From: Ginglymostoma cirratum
Taxonomy: Eukaryota
Length of the DNA stretch: 64,000 nucleotides
NCBI GenBank assembly: GCA_024137785.1
Contig: JAHRHZ010000102.1
Coordinates: 132,901 to 196,900, forward strand
Direction: 5' to 3'
Positions 22,956 to 37,090 of this stretch are shown one piece after another. The translations under genes were made by a program, and so were the position numbers. Each line of letters starts with the position of its first letter. Within the stretch, counting starts at the first letter, position 1. The notes beneath the pieces were generated by a model. The model ran no database searches and was not told the DNA's origin. It worked only from the letters and a program-made list of their open reading frames with translations.

Positions 22956-24885
22956 GAGTCGCTTGTGCCGTAAGCTGGGCAAGGCTAACTTTGTTATGTC
23001 GACTTATTTTCTTGGTCTTTGCAGTTACTCAGACCTTTGTCAGTTTCAGTGATGAAAGCGGTAAAATGAGCAACCGGGACTATAAACAGTGAGAGCTCCT
23101 CCTCAGATCTCTGCTGAGGGACCTTGCATGCCATGTTGGCTCCAGTTTCTGTGTCTCAACTGGTCAGTGGCTGAAGAAACTGTGGCTCGATACCACCCAC
23201 ATAGACAACCTCAGCGATTTCAGATCAAACAATTTACCGACCATGAACCTCCATTTCACCCACTAGAACGGGATGATGAGATTGGATTGAAACAGCGCCA
23301 TCAATGATTTACCTCAGCTCCAGTCGGAGTGGGACACGGACAAGTAACAGGCTCTGATGCCGTACTCTCAATCAAAGAGTGGTGTGACCCTTTGATGTTT
23401 TAGTTATAAACTGTCTGTCTGACACCTCTCTCACTGACACCTGATGCAGATACAGTGCTTCAGTTGCTTTGGGTCAAATAATTAAGGCTCCAAGTCCTTC
23501 TATTTAACCCGGTCAAATTCCAAGACAAGATTGAATTCAAAACACACCCATCAAAGACTCTCTCTTCCCCTGATCCACACAGAATGAGACAGAGACAAAC
23601 AGCGGGAGTTGACACTTCTCTCCAATTTCCCGCTGCCAGCAGAAAGCGGACACTGCAGCTTCAATCAGCGGCTTCCTGTCCATCCTGGGACACAGTTTAA
23701 AGAAACTCATTCTTCATGAACGTTTTCTCTTATGTAAAAGAGGCGAAGTAACTTTTGTTAAAATTGGCAATGACTGCAACAGATTCTCCTTGTCTTTAGA
23801 AGCTTTTTGACCAAATCCCTGCCTCCAAATTAGAAGCGGCAAGATTTTGTAATGTGAACAGCGATATAAGAACGAAGTCTGTTCACATTTAACGAAAAGT
23901 GGGAAAAAAACACACCTTGTTTGGATAATGAGGCAGCAGTGCTGTGAGGCGAATGTAGTAACCAATACACTGCAGAAACACAGCGGGCCCACCGACCCTA
24001 TTTTACATTGTCTTGGTCTATGATGCACAGGCTATCCAATCATCAATGACATTGCAGTTTCTAACGCATGAGACCTTCTCTCAGAGGACACCCACGCCTG
24101 CAGTGTTGGGTCTGTAGTTTGGTGATTCACCGAGTGGCTGGGAGTTCATTTATTTCTGGGGAAAGCGAGAATTGTCACCACCTGCTGCATCCAACATGTG
24201 AAGGAGCTATTTAAATGTCATTTGAAATTATTTCTGATACAACAGTATTAACACCGCCATGTCCCTTCCTCCACCAGCCAGAAATGCGTTTGAAATGCCA
24301 CATTTCTGTTTGTCCTTCCAGGTATTTAAGAAAGAACTTACAGAACCAGCTGATGTGAGCAATGTTCCAGTTTGGAAGGAAGACTGAGGTGGAGCTGTAC
24401 AAATTGCAGAGTGACCTGGAAAAAATGGGGCAGTAACACAGACAGTGGAGTGGCCGAATTATTACATTCTTTGCTCTAACTAGACTATGATTTTGAAGTC
24501 TGAAATGAAACAATATAAGCCAGGTTGGTGAAACCCTTGCTTTCTGGGGGTTGGTCTCTCCTGAGACTTCGTCTCTTCTTAGGCCTCTGTCACTAAAAGG
24601 GGAATGTGTCTGATCGCTTCCTTTTGTGGGTGAAAATGAGGTTCAGTTCCCCGAGATGGACATGAACAATTTTACCATCTCAAACTTCAGTCCCATTTAT
24701 TGTGTCTTTTGGAGATTAAAACATCACAGTGAAACCAAGATTGAGATGAACGCTTGAAACGTCAGAGCATACAAGGCCAATTTAAACGATGGGCACATAA
24801 AAACTCGATGATTTGACGCTTCGTAAGAGAAAAAAATATTCAAAGGCTGCATCACTAAGTAATAATGCACGTGCTTCTGTCCTCA

Positions 24886-24957
24886 TTCACGGTGGTCTAG
24901 TGGTTAGTATTTGGCACTTTCACCTCCGCGGACTGGTTGTCATTCTCGGTTAAGGAA
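24886..24957 (+). pseudogene. tRNA-Glu(TTC) pseudogene
   Basis: ggtggtctagtggttagtatttggcactttcacctccgcgg...cggttaaggaa; T-loop corrupted. Confidence 0.85.
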
Positions 24958-25449
24958 TCAGGATTGATTGTTCCTGACATGGACAATGGTAAAGGTGAAG
25001 CAGTTCTGACGGGAATCCTTTCGGATAAAGTAATGTCCCCGAGAACATGAGAGTCAATGCCCCAGCCTCTTAAAGAATGAAGTGGTGCCCGAACCCTCTC
25101 TGTTCAATCAGACAGTTCACCGTCCATTCTCCTCTGATTCTACTTCCCAAACAGATTCTAAAGATTCTTGAAGCTGAGACTGGGCGATTTGTTTTGTTTC
25201 TTTGCTTTTCCCTCGAGCAGCAATGATTGGGTCTATGGCTTTTGGAAACTGCAATGTACCCATGAGCAGCTCGTGGGACTATTCCAGCTTCCCCTTCTCT
25301 GACGAAGCCTGGGACATTGACTCTTGACATGTCACTGGTGACATTCACTGATAGGCGACAATGAAAGGGCTCTCGTTCCTGTAGAAATCAAACGTCATCG
25401 TGGCTTCAGAGAAGTGAGAAAGAGGTGTAATAAATTTGTACTTTGCACT

Positions 25450-25522
25450 CGAGCCATGTAGGAGTCAAACCTACAATCTTCTAGTCTGTGATCAGGCACG
25501 TTATACATTGCACTACTGGCCC
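25450..25522 (-). pseudogene. tRNA-Arg(ACG)-derived pseudogene
   Basis: Minus strand gggccagtagtgcaatgtataacgtgcctgatcacagactagaagattgtaggtttgactcctacatggctcg. Confidence 0.85.
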
Positions 25523-26599
25523 CTTGTGTGCTTTGCTTTTACATGCTATAGCTATGATGTTAATACAGATATAAGCAGCAATGGTAACATTCACAAGGTG
25601 AGCAGCCAGCAAATATAATCACAGTCACTGCTACACTTTGACAGCCCCGACTTTTTAATGCGGTGAGTTTCATTGGCAAAGAAGACATATTTGTACTCAT
25701 GGAACTGCCATTCAACTTATCGAGTTCGCTCAGCCATTCAATGAGATCACCACTGTTCTGATAAATCTCAACTCCACTTTCCTGCTTTTTCTCCACAACG
25801 TGAGATAAACTCGAGCCGACTCACTATACTGGATATCCTATTATTTTTCGGTAGTTTAGATTGATTTTAATGACCTGTGCGTATTTGCAGGAAATTGAAC
25901 AATATGAAACCAGTTGAAAAGCTCAGCTTGTATCTTCGCGGTTAGGCCACTGAGATTTTCTGCTTCCGGGCCCGGGAATTGGAATTATGTAATCGTCTGC
26001 AGCAGTGGTTACTTCCCTGTGTGAGAGAAATAGTGAAGTAACCGATGTAAAACTTGATTGAGGAAATACATCCAAGGTCGTAGCCCAGAAAAACTATATT
26101 ATTTCCACCTGAGTAGGATTTACATTTACCAAGTGAAAATAAGAAAAAAAGAGTTTTCATTTTGAAACATAACAAATGCGATACAACCGCTCAGCCCATA
26201 GAGCCTGCCACGCCATTCGATGAAATCATGGCCGGCCTCGTACTTCAATGCCATTTTTCTGCACGATCCCGAGGGTTCTTGATGTTTTTAATTGATTGAA
26301 ATCTGTCAATCTCAGTTTTGTTCAGTCTGAATGCTACACCTTCACAGCCTCCATGGCCCCGAATTCCATTAACTTTCTCCACTCATTTAATTCTGCCATT
26401 TGGCAAGAATTTCTATTGCGTACCTGGTGCTCCTCCTGGCATGCCCTCCAGCACTGTACTTATTTTGCTTTTCCTCGGGGCTCTTTGTGAAGCTTCATGG
26501 TCAGTACTCGACATTGTAGCCACAGCAACCTTTTCTCAAATCCGAATCACAGGAGTGTTTATTGACCCCGTTTTTTCCCTCTTAATATGTTCAATATTA

Positions 26600-27000
26600 A
26601 CACAGTAGAGGATCAATTAATATTGCAAGAAGGCATACAGAGGCATGTGAAATACTGAGGTTGTGGTGACATTTGTTCAATGGTTGTAGATTACCTTGAT
26701 TGAACAGATAGGGGTGTAGAATCTGTTTGGGTAGAGATGTGGAATAGTGAGGGAAAGAAGTCACCAGTTCGTGTAGTTTACAAGCCCAATAACAGAATAC
26801 ACAATATGAAACAAAACGTGTAAGAAAAAGGCAGTGTGTGTGAGAGATAAAGGGATGGCAATAATCAGAGCTGACCTTAATTTCTCCCCTCCCACTAACG
26901 GCTCTATTGCAAATAAAGTTTGCAGAACCATAAACGGTACATCAAATATGCCTGAGAGAACAACACTAGATATATCCTGGTTTTAGATTAATTTACAGGC
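26600..27000 (+). mobile_element. CR1 endonuclease-region fragment
   Basis: gaatctgtttgggtagag...gtagtttacaagccc (ESVWVE...VVYKP). Confidence 0.65.
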
Positions 27001-27059
27001 TACTTAGTTTCAGTCTTTTCCTGGGAAACCATCACTTTCATTGTGAGCGTTAGGAAAGG

Positions 27060-27780
27060 AGGCCATTACTTTGCCAAAAATTAAATATCATTAACGTTTG
27101 TTTGTTTTATGCACAATAACACCGAGATTCCACTGCACCATACCTTTTTTGATGTTTCTCTCGATTTTAATAGTCGCCTGGCTTTTCACTCTTGCTACTG
27201 AAATACATGATCTCACTCTCCCGGCATGAAACTGCATCCGCCAAGGTTTTGACCACTCACTCAAACTATCTGTATCCCTTTGTAGATTCCCACATCCTCA
27301 TCATAATATGCCCTCCTACCTATATTGTATCTTCTGCAAAATTGGATACATTATGTTCTGACAATGCCTCCAAATCATGAAGACAGAGATAAATAATTGC
27401 AACCCAATAACTGACCATTCTGGCACTCCACAAAGTACATCTTTCCAACTCGAAAAATATCCTTTCATCCCAATTCTGACTCTTCCATTACTGAAACAAT
27501 ACGCAGCCCATGCTCATTTAGACTCGAATCTCCTACCTTGTGCAGTGGCCTTTTAAATGGCCTCTTATTGAGTGCCTTCTAAAAGTTCAAATACACTTCA
27601 CCTACTGGCTCATTTAACAACTGTGCTTGGAATATTACTGAAGAACTCCAGAAAATTTGTCAAATGTGATCTGCCTTTCAACAAACGTTGTTGTCTCATT
27701 CTGACTGCAACAATCTTTTCTCAACATCCCCAATTTCTTCCTTCATAAGGGTCTCGAGCATTTTTCAAATGGCAGGCAAT
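27060..27780 (-). mobile_element. CR1 RT fragment
   Basis: Minus strand tatccaattttgcagaagataca (SNFAEDT) and ttgaactttagaaggcactcaataag. Confidence 0.65.
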
Positions 27781-28344
27781 ACATGGAAACAAATAGAAGT
27801 TATTTGCTTCATCAGGTCAATTACATCTTTAAATGAGATCATAGCAGATTTAATAATCCTCCACTCCACTTTTATGCCTTATCACCATGGTCCTTGAATC
27901 CCGAAATGACTAAATCTCTGTCTGTGTCAGCCTTGAATACATGGCACTCTGTTGGAAGAATTCCACAGATTTGTTACCTTCTGAGCAGGAGAACATCCTC
28001 CTCAATCTGTATTAATTGGCAACCCCTTCCCTTGAGATTACCCACCTGGGTGCAAATCAGAGCACAGAAAAACAGCCAAATCCCCTAAGAAGGAACAGGT
28101 GCCGTATCCAGCGGCAACTGAGTATTTGAAACGTTTTCATTTTTTACCTCTGGTTAAACAAACTGCCCTGATTTGCACATGAGATTGGCCAATGACAAAT
28201 CTGTTACAAAAGTGTTTCATTAGCTGTGATTTATATGGTGGTGAAAGGCGTTTACAAAATACAAAGACATCTTTCTTTCTGGATCCATCGCCCTGACTAC
28301 TAATCTCTCTGATCATGGAAATCGATCCGTCCCATTCACTCAAA

Positions 28345-28875
28345 GATATGAAGAACTGCAGATGCTGGATTCAGAGATAACACAGTGTTGAGCTGGAAGA
28401 GCACAGCAGGCCAGACAGCATCAGAGGAGCTGTAAAGTTGATGTTTCGGGTCTGGACTCTTCTTCTGGAATGGGGGAGGGTGAAAGGAGCTCCGAAATAA
28501 ATAGAGGGAAGAGGGGTGGGGCTGGGATGGAGATAGGTGAGTGACCTGTGATAGGCCTTGGGAGCCTACAATCCAGTGGTCTCATTGTGGATTTTACCAG
28601 TGTCAAAATATTCCCACCCTGGCCTCATCCCATGACCAACCCTTCCTCTCAGACCACCTCCTTGACCTGACACAACCTATCCATCTTCTCTCCCACCTGT
28701 ACGCTTCTCCTACCTCACGAACCAATCTTCATCACTGCCTACCTTCACTCACCTGTCACCCTCCCACCGACCTTCCCCAGCCCTACCCCTCCTGTCTATT
28801 TATTTCTGAGCTCCCTTCCCCCTCCCCCATTTCTGAATGCTGCCCGACCGACTGTGTTCCTCCAGCTCCAATATG
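28345..28875. mobile_element. Penelope-like element end with inverted pLTR arms
   Basis: gaactgcagatgctgg...gtttcgggtctggactcttcttctggaatggggg, mirrored at 28775-28870 (ccccattt ctga). Confidence 0.7.
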
Positions 28876-29125
28876 TTAACAATGAAAACATTCAAAACGT
28901 TTGGCTGAAATCAATGTTAAAACAGGGAGCAGTCCGAAAGCATCATAGGTTCACACTAGTTCTCAATAATGTAGTTCAATTCAATCTCCCAGCATCCTAC
29001 TTCATTCTGATCAAATGAAGCACGACAAGAAATATAAGGAGAGTGGCACGGGCAAGACAAACCGAATGTTCCTCTTTCCTGTTGGAACCATTCCATGAGA
29101 AATCATAAACAGTACCTTTGCTTCT

Positions 29126-29207
29126 GTCGACATGGCCGACTGGTTAAGGCAATGGTTTAGAAATCCATGGGACTTTCCCCAAACAGATTTGAATCCTGCT
29201 GACTACG
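29126..29207 (+). tRNA. tRNA-Ser(AGA)-derived gene, probably a pseudogene
   Basis: gtcgacatggccgactggttaaggcaatggtttAGAaatccat...gatttgaatcctgctgactacg, 82 nt; mutated T-loop and stems. Confidence 0.8.
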
Positions 29208-30241
29208 CTTTCACAACCTGCACTTTTCCAACGATTCCCTGATGGATGAGCTGTCTCTCACACTCTGAAAAATCCATCTCACAAACCCACTTCAGAGTCT
29301 GAGCGTTTATTGACGTTGAGGAAACACAAGTTCTGAACAAGAATGCTGCCATACTCAAAACCTTGCCTCTGTTTCTCTTTCCCCAGGTACCACTAAACGT
29401 GTTTAGGTACTTCAGTATTCTCTGCATTTAATCTACATAAATGATCTTGCTTTAAATAGCTTGAACACCAGTCCCCTCGCAAATGACCCTGTTCAGTGGC
29501 TGCAGTTTCTCTCGACATCATCCCACTCATCCTCACCACTCCCTTTCCCACTGTTATAAACCGCCGGAGGAAATCTCCTCTTAAACTTCTTTGCTCCAAA
29601 GGGAACATTTCCGACTTCGGGAATCCCTTCTTTAAAGGGGATTTCCTCATTCCTGGATATGTTGCAAGGTGGAGGATTGGAAAAAGATTTTGGGAAAATA
29701 TTGTCAGTTGGTGGGGGAAGGTAGGGGGAACGTTATGGAAGAAAAACAGAAAACCTTGACTCCACCTTTGCAAATCTTTAGAAACACTTAGGAACCGGAA
29801 TCACAGGAGATTGAAGGGTGAACTTTCCGACTGAGCGCAAACAGTCGAGACACCCAACCCTTCTTTAATTGGCCGGGACATTGACTCTGATGTTCTCGGG
29901 ACATGAAATGACCTGAGACATGGAAATAATTCTCCTTCCTGCACATCAGGGATTCAAAACTTCATCTCGGGTCCAAGACAATGAGAAAACTCGGTAATAA
30001 ACAAGACACTGAAAGGCTCAAAGGGAGACGGCCCTGGATGTAGGAGAGCGATTCCCGGTGACATGGATGTGTCTGCGGAGGGTAGGGCCAGACTGTTCCC
30101 ATGCCTCCACAATGAATATGGCAGGCTTCATTTGGGAAAAGTAAAACTGATAGAGAACAATTGTGCCTCCAAGAGAGGCAGGCTGAAGCTTGAATTCACT
30201 AAGAACCTACTTTAAGGGATCGTGCGAGTCAATGGTAGTTA

Positions 30242-30315
30242 AACTCTGAGAAGGAAGTGGTCAGCGTGTTTGGCTTTTAAGTGAGAAGTCGAACATTCGA
30301 GGCCACACACGAAGA
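30242..30315 (+). pseudogene. Highly decayed tRNA-Asn-derived copy
   Basis: ctctgagaaggaagtggtcagcgtgtttggcttttaa...ttcgaggccac aligns loosely to Asn(GTT). Confidence 0.5.
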
Positions 30316-30757
30316 AACGATTAAAGTGTTCTTTGTTCCGCCGTTCCGGGCTTTTAATACGGTTAGGAAAGTGTACCTGAAATGGAAATCTTATCCAGTG
30401 AGTAACCACAAAGATGTCTCAACATTGCTTTAATGTCTAACGCAGAGAGCTGCAGATGTTGAGAATCTGAAACAAGTACAGATGCTGCTGGAGAAACTCA
30501 ACAGGTTTGGCAGTGCCTATGGGAGAAAACAGAGTTCTGAAACGTTGACTCTGATTCTCTACAAGATCTGCTGAGCTTTTCTTGAAATTTATGCTGTTGT
30601 GTTCAAATGGATATTTATCCCATCTAATGGGATGAAACAACCAGACTCATTATGCATTGAATTTAATCCTTCAGAAATCTGAGAAGTGATTGGATTCAAA
30701 CAAACCTACTAATGATTCAGTCTTCCTCATCCCCATAGGCAGAAAGATCTGGAAAGG

Positions 30758-30836
30758 GGAGTCGCGGTAGTGGTTAAGGCAACAGACGTCAAATACATTG
30801 GGATGTTTTGTGCAGATTCGAATCCTGCCGACTACG
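30758..30836 (+). pseudogene. tRNA-Ser pseudogene
   Basis: agtggttaaggc...aaatacattggg...gcagattcgaatcctgccgactacg. Confidence 0.8.
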
Positions 30837-31319
30837 GTTGAGTGCTTCAGGCAAATAAGAAAGGAGTTTAGTCCCCATATCCTTGTTTGCGAAAGGAATC
30901 ACAGGAGGTAGGGGACAAAATCATTTCACTCAGATTGCCAAAGGTAGGAATATGCATTTCACTGCCTCTCAGAACAGAACAAGCAGAGACTTTCGTATGC
31001 GTCCTGACCTGAAGCATAAAACTTCCTGCTTCTCTGATGCTGCCTGTCCTGCTGTGTTCCTCCAACTCCCCTGACTGTGTTATCTCTGACTCAAGCATCT
31101 GAAATTCTGACTGAGTTATTTAGATGGACATTTGCATTTCTCAACTTGTTGAGGCTAAAAGCCAAGTGCTGGGCAGTGAGACAGGAACAGTCAGGGTCTG
31201 GAGTTCACCTGGCGCAGACATGATGGGTTGAAAGGTCATTTTCTTTGCTGAAGACCTCTATGACCAGCTGTCGTCAACTCAGCTGTGAAGTGATTGGACA
31301 ACATTTGCAAAATACACCA

Positions 31320-31392
31320 GAGTCAGGAAGGGGTCGAACCGACTCTCCACTGATCTGGCTGTCAGAAATGTTATCCATTGGGATTGGGGATA
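31320..31392 (-). pseudogene. Decayed tRNA-Arg copy
   Basis: Minus strand caatggataacatttctgac...gatcag...ggttcgacccc. Confidence 0.55.
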
Positions 31393-32329
31393 ATTGGCTC
31401 TATGCATATTCCTGGAATCAGTAACTGGGAGAATCAAGAAGATGCAATGCTGATGTCTCTGTGTACATCCGTGTGCAAACCCATTGCTTCTCTCTCCCTT
31501 TCTTGTGCCTTACATTCTATGTACCTGCTATCAAGGTAAAGATTTACTTCACAACCTGCCTGTGTTTGTATCAAGCATCTCATTGACCTTGGAGCTGGTC
31601 GGTCAGAGAGAGCTAGAGGTGAGACACGGACACAGACAGGAAGAGATGCGACATGAAAGTGTTTAGAGTCTGTCGTGTGTCAATTGTTTTTAGTGAGGGT
31701 TTTCTGCCGGGCGCTGTCTTGTTGGATTCCCAGGAGCTGCAGTGATTGGTTTGATGAGTTTTCGAAATTGAAAGTTGCACTTGATCAGTCCGTGGGACTA
31801 TTTCAGCTCACTGTCCATTTCATATCCCAGCTCACAGAAACATTTCTCATTGTCTGGAGAAGTCACTTGTGATCCACCAAAAGCTGCCTTTTGTCGCAGG
31901 AACGTTTGTGTGGGGACGGAGAGCGGACGTGAAGGTTGTGGAGCGGTATAATCCTGAGATGTCTGTCACTTTCGGGGATGTATCTGTGTGTGTCCCTCTG
32001 TGGATGAAAATGAAGCGGAGCTCCTCAAGGAGGTATTAACATAGTTTTACCATCTCAAACTTCAGTCCCATTTGATGCGTTATGTGAGATTAGAGAGATA
32101 AACTCATTGACATTTGCCTTGCAAAGTCAGAGCACACAAGGCTATGAACCAAATGCTGGAAACTAAGACTCGAACGGTTTTGACCTGCACTGAAACGGTG
32201 GGCCGAATGGTCTTCTTCCACGCTGTACAATGAAAATTAGTGATGGAGAAACTGATCTGCAGCGAAAATGATCACACATGACAACGCAAAAGCCGGTCAC
32301 GAAGAAAAGATACGACTTCTTGTTCGTGT

Positions 32330-32398
32330 TCCTTGGTAGTCTCTTGGTTAGGATTCAGCACTTTCACCGCCATGGCCTGAGATCCTCCCCACAAGGAA
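32330..32398 (+). pseudogene. tRNA-Glu(TTC) pseudogene
   Basis: tccttggtagtctcttggttaggattcagcactTTCaccgccatggcc; T arm damaged. Confidence 0.8.
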
Positions 32399-33720
32399 AT
32401 AGATGTTCTGTTGTAATACTCTTTGTTCGTGATGGCACTTCTGACTGATTTTCCAGCAGTTGACACCGAATCTGTTTTGTCCCAAAAGTTATCAATTAAC
32501 ATAAAAGAAAGAACTGTGACAATCTGACACAAAAACAGGAATTGGTAGAGAAACTCAGCAGGCATGGTAGCATCTGCAGAGGGAAACTGTTAACATTTCG
32601 GATCCATTTACCGTTCATCACTACCAGGTTAGCTGTGCATTTCTATTGTATAATACCAGGAGACATTATAAACTTTATCTTTCGAATCAGCATATCTTTC
32701 AAAATCACACACTCTCATTAGCTTACAAGCGTTAACTTTTCAACTTTATAGGGACTTGATCAGCACTCATGCTCCTTCTGTTGCCCTGAAGTGGTGCAAT
32801 CCTCTGCTTTTTTCCTGTTCATTTCGGTCAGTTAGCAGCCATGTCGAATGGAGAGCTGGTCCTTTCAGTATCTACAACAACATGTGCTTCTATTTGTCTC
32901 TCTTTGTCTCTGTGTATCCACCTGGACTTCTTTCACATTGTTCGACACTCCATCTGTATATACCCCTCATTTCCCATTTATGCTCTGTGCAAAGTCTGAA
33001 ATTAGGAGACACTTTGAGAATGGAGTGTTTCGTACTGGACTCACGTTCCTTGGATAATGTGTCTTTCAGTTATGACTGAAGTAAGGAGACATTTCTCGTC
33101 TCAAAAGATAATGAATCTTCAGAATTCAAAATTTAATTCCTAATCCACCAGAAAAAAAAAACACAATGCTGCCACAATTATAGGATTATAGCGATGTCTT
33201 TAGAGTTGGTGTAAAAATGTTTGAATGATGACAGCAGAGAATGAGAGTGATCAACTCGTGGTCTCTTTGCCATGACCACAACATTACACGTTAAGGCTGC
33301 ATTTTATCCTGCTTCACCTCATTATTCCGACCAAACTGAGAATGAAGGAATGAGAATACAAGTCAAGGAGAAGCAGAAGTGCTTGTGGAAGGCCAGAAAG
33401 GAACTTCATGACAAATACAGCAGTAAAAGAGGAGACCCCGAAGCAGCCTCCTGATGACAAATGTGTTTTCTTTGCCAGTAAAACTCACGGCCTCTCAAAG
33501 CGGGGACCATTGAAGTGAAGCAATGACGGATATTATCTTTGCTGGTTGTTCACACTGTGAATGTAACCATTGTTGCCCATGTTCGTGATAACACCACAAC
33601 TCTGCTGCATGTTAGCATCACACATAAACTGGAGATGGGCGCTGAAAACTGAGAGACCTCCAGCTGCGCAATGAGGCTGACTCCCTGGATTCGGAGCCTT
33701 GCCAGAGCTTCATGTTAATA

Positions 33721-33793
33721 GCTTCGGTTTTGCAGTTGGTCAGTGCATGTGGTTACTGAGAGAAAGATTGGTGCTTCGAGACTACCCAGAAGC
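33721..33793 (+). pseudogene. Highly decayed tRNA-Asn-like copy
   Basis: gcagttggtcagtgc...gaaagattggtgcttcgagactacccag. Confidence 0.5.
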
Positions 33794-34888
33794 TCAGCCT
33801 CTTTTGTTTTACTACCCTATGAGGTTTTCGGTGATACAGAAGATTGTCAATCGGGATTGTGCCTTCAGGAGATAGCTTTGAAACTGTGTCAGCTCCACTG
33901 TTTTCCAGTCAAACCCCAGACATGCAGGTTTTAATGCAGTTATTCTCAACATTGTGATCTAACAATTAAACCAGCTATGTACCTGCATTTAATTCATAAA
34001 AGTTTGCGAAGAGATTGGAATCAAACGGACCCATTCTAATGATTGTCTCTTCCCTTGCTCCATGCTGAGTGAGACAGGGACAAGCAGTAGGATTTGACAT
34101 CACTTTCTCCAATCCTCTGCTGTCAGCAGAACGTGGCCACTGCACCTTCAATCAGCCGCTTGCTGCTCATCCCTGGAAGGCAAGATCCTACAAGCAGGGC
34201 CAATCTTCCCCATCCACTGAACACAGGATCAAGAAAAAACAGGGAGATTTCACCCGCCTAGTAAACCCCAGAACAGCATTGACACAATCTCGAAGTGAGT
34301 GGAATTTTCTCTCAACTCCACTTGGGAAAACTCAACTGACACAACTCGTGGAAACCCGTTCCTTCTGAACGGTTCTTCCCCTGTGAAAAAGGGCGAAAGT
34401 CCTTTTACATTTCACAACGGCTGCAGCAAATGCTTCAGGATCTTCGAATCTTTTTAACTGAACTCCGAAAATCCAGTCCCCAAATTCGAAGCTGCAGAAG
34501 TTGCTGATGTACTGAGCAAACAAGGTGCTGAAAATATTGAGGGAGACTAGGCAGACAGATACACATTTCACACAGTCTGTAACAGAAATGACTGGGTTTT
34601 TCTGAAACAGATTCACTGTCTCTCAGAGTGACTGACAGTCATATGGGCAGCTAAAGATGAGGGCACCGACATTAAAATATGAATTTTGAATGCTAAATGA
34701 CAATGGATTATAATGACCTGAAGGAGTAACAGCTGAAAAGTGGAAGATGTCAATGATGTTATTTGTGATTTAGAGGAATGAACTGGAAACTTGTGATTTT
34801 CGAGGTGGATCATCTTTAGCATATTGAAATGAGGTTGCAGGGGATTTGGAACGTTGTGAAACGGGAAAACCAGTAGCTTGTCTCCCAA

Positions 34889-34961
34889 GCCTCGCTAGCT
34901 CAGTCGGTAGAGTATGAAACGCTTAATATCAATTTCGTGAGTGCGAGCCCCGTGCTTGGCG
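34889..34961 (+). tRNA. tRNA-Lys(CTT)-derived gene, probably a pseudogene
   Basis: gcctcgctagctcagtcggtagagtatgaaacgCTTaatatcaatttcgtgagtgcgagccccgtgcttggcg, 73 nt; perfect A box, mutated B box. Confidence 0.85.
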
Positions 34962-35781
34962 TCTTTGCTTCTTACAGCCTTGCTTCCTGAAGTGAAGTGC
35001 AGCTCTCCAGCGCTATCAGTGAAATGAGCAGCTTCAGCTATGCCGAAAGCATGGCTTCTCTTCTGCTGCTTTGATTAAAATACTGGCTTCCAGTTTTGCA
35101 GTGAAAATTGTTTCCACTGCACTGGAAATTCCAAAGATCAGTTTGTAGGTGCAGCTGCTTGCATAATAAATGACAGGACTTGCAAAGGGGCAAACCCAAC
35201 TCCAATCCTGATCCAACAAGACTGTTCAGAGACACAGAATGAGCATGGTCACTTCCTGGGCAGCTCCATGTCAAATAGAGCTGAACCAGAATTAACTAAC
35301 TGTGAGGATACCACGGAAAACATCAGTGAAGTGTACTTGAACGTTACTCAATTGAGGAGGAAAATTATCTTCTTTTGTGACCACATGGGTTTATTCATTA
35401 ACATTTTCATTCTCGGTAAAAGAGGGGGAAAATTGTGAGCTTTCAGTGTGAGACAGAAGTGATCTGGGTGAACTCAGAAATGTGGGGCAGTCATGTGTTC
35501 TTTATCAAAGTATAAATGAACATACTTTCTTACAGGCACATGACATTTTTGGAACAACCGAATCTCGCAAGATGCGTTCAGCTTTCCGTTGGTGTTTGTA
35601 TTCGTTTAAGAGCTATCGGCATCTCGTGCGAAATTAATATTGTAACCAGGCATTGCCGAGCAGCGAAGAAAATGGACTAGGAGGAGAGCTTTCCTCCAAG
35701 CGTTTCCCTGTGCCTTCGCTTTAGTTGTGTGCAGTAGCAACATTGGAAAATATGGAAAATTGGAAAAAAACTGTAGGGTCT

Positions 35782-35864
35782 GGTGGTGTGGCCGAGCGGT
35801 CGAAGGCCCAGGACTACGACTGCCAATTTCTGAGGTAGCGTCGGCTCGAATCCTACTGCTGCCA
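35782..35864 (+). pseudogene. tRNA-Leu pseudogene
   Basis: ggtggtgtggccgagcggtcgaaggc...ggctcgaatcctactgctgcca. Confidence 0.8.
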
Positions 35865-35979
35865 TCCCTTAGGCCATAGATACGCTGTGTAGTCTGTGTT
35901 TAGATTGTCTTTGGTTCACGCAATGCAATGTTTGATGTGGGAGAACCTAAAGACTTCATCGGGTCAGCATCCACTGCAT

Positions 35980-36010
35980 GATTCCATGGTGCAGTGGTTA
36001 ACACGTGCTG
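35980..36010 (+). pseudogene. 5' half of tRNA-Val within the repeated module
   Basis: gattccatggtgcagtggttaacacgt; paralogs at ~47724, ~51131 and ~20610 (minus). Confidence 0.5.
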
Positions 36011-36744
36011 AATTCCCCCAGCGGGAACAAGCAGGTTGGGCTGCTGCTTCATGCTCCAGGCAAGTTGCGTTGCCCTCCCTTTTGCAGCAAGTGAATGCAG
36101 ATCGTTATTTCGCTGCTGCTGTGAAACAAAATCCTGCATTGAACCTAGATGCAGTTATTTGCCGTTTTTGATGAAAAGGAAGGTAATTGAGATGTGAAAT
36201 TTCTTTCACTTCCTTCAAGAAGCGAGTTGATGGGCCATTTCCTTGATAAGCTGAAATGGTTGCTTTACAGGCACACGCACGTTGCTGACCAGCAGGGACA
36301 CCTAATCTAATCGTGATTGTGATTGTTTGCATTCACTTTTCGTGGGAAGTTCTTACTCTTGTTCTTTTATTTCCAGTAAGTGGCGTTGCACTAAATCTCC
36401 AGCGCATTTGGAGGAGCAGTTGGGAATTGCCCCGATGCCAGTGGTGTGAGTAGTTCATAACGCAGAGAACTGGAAGTGTTTCACTGAAAGCATTCGTGCC
36501 TCGATGTGTGTGGAAATGTGTTTGCCTTGTCATTTTTGCCTCTGTTGCGCGTTAAGATCTGTCTGTTTTGGGATTCGCTCGAGACCTGGGGTGCAAACAC
36601 GGTTTGTGAGGAATCTTCCTGAATCCAAAATCCTCACTGACAACCTGGGAAGGTGGCACAGAGAATGGTCACTTTCTGCAAAAGTGAACGAACACATCGC
36701 CTGTGCGAGGCTTTCATTCCTCTTAGCCCAACCGATTCAGAAAC

Positions 36745-37090
36745 GCATTCAGGTGCCTTTGAAACGTTATAATTTTTATGAGCCTCCACCCCTTCCTCTG
36801 GCAGTTCACTCCATACACGCACCACATTCGGCGTGAAAAATGCCCCTCAGAACTCGTGTAATTTATTCTCCTCTCATTTTAAATATATGCCCTCTCGTTT
36901 TGCGCTCGGGCCAACTCTTGGAAAATGACATTGACTACTCCCCCTATCCATATTCCTCATGATTTTGCAGACTTTTACCAGGTCGTTCCTCAGCTTGTGA
37001 TTCTCCAGGAAACATTGCCCCATTGGGTTCAGCCTCGCCCAACACTCCAAACCCTGCAACTCTGGCAACATCTTCGTGAACATTTTCTGG
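36745..37090 (-). mobile_element. CR1 3' fragment carried inside the duplicated module
   Basis: Same fragment and context at 48620-49040 and 52020-52390. Confidence 0.75.

Noticed and set aside
24156-24190. Weak similarity to the U1 snRNA 3' end on the minus strand (ggggaaagcgagaa)
   Set aside because: Too short and does not extend
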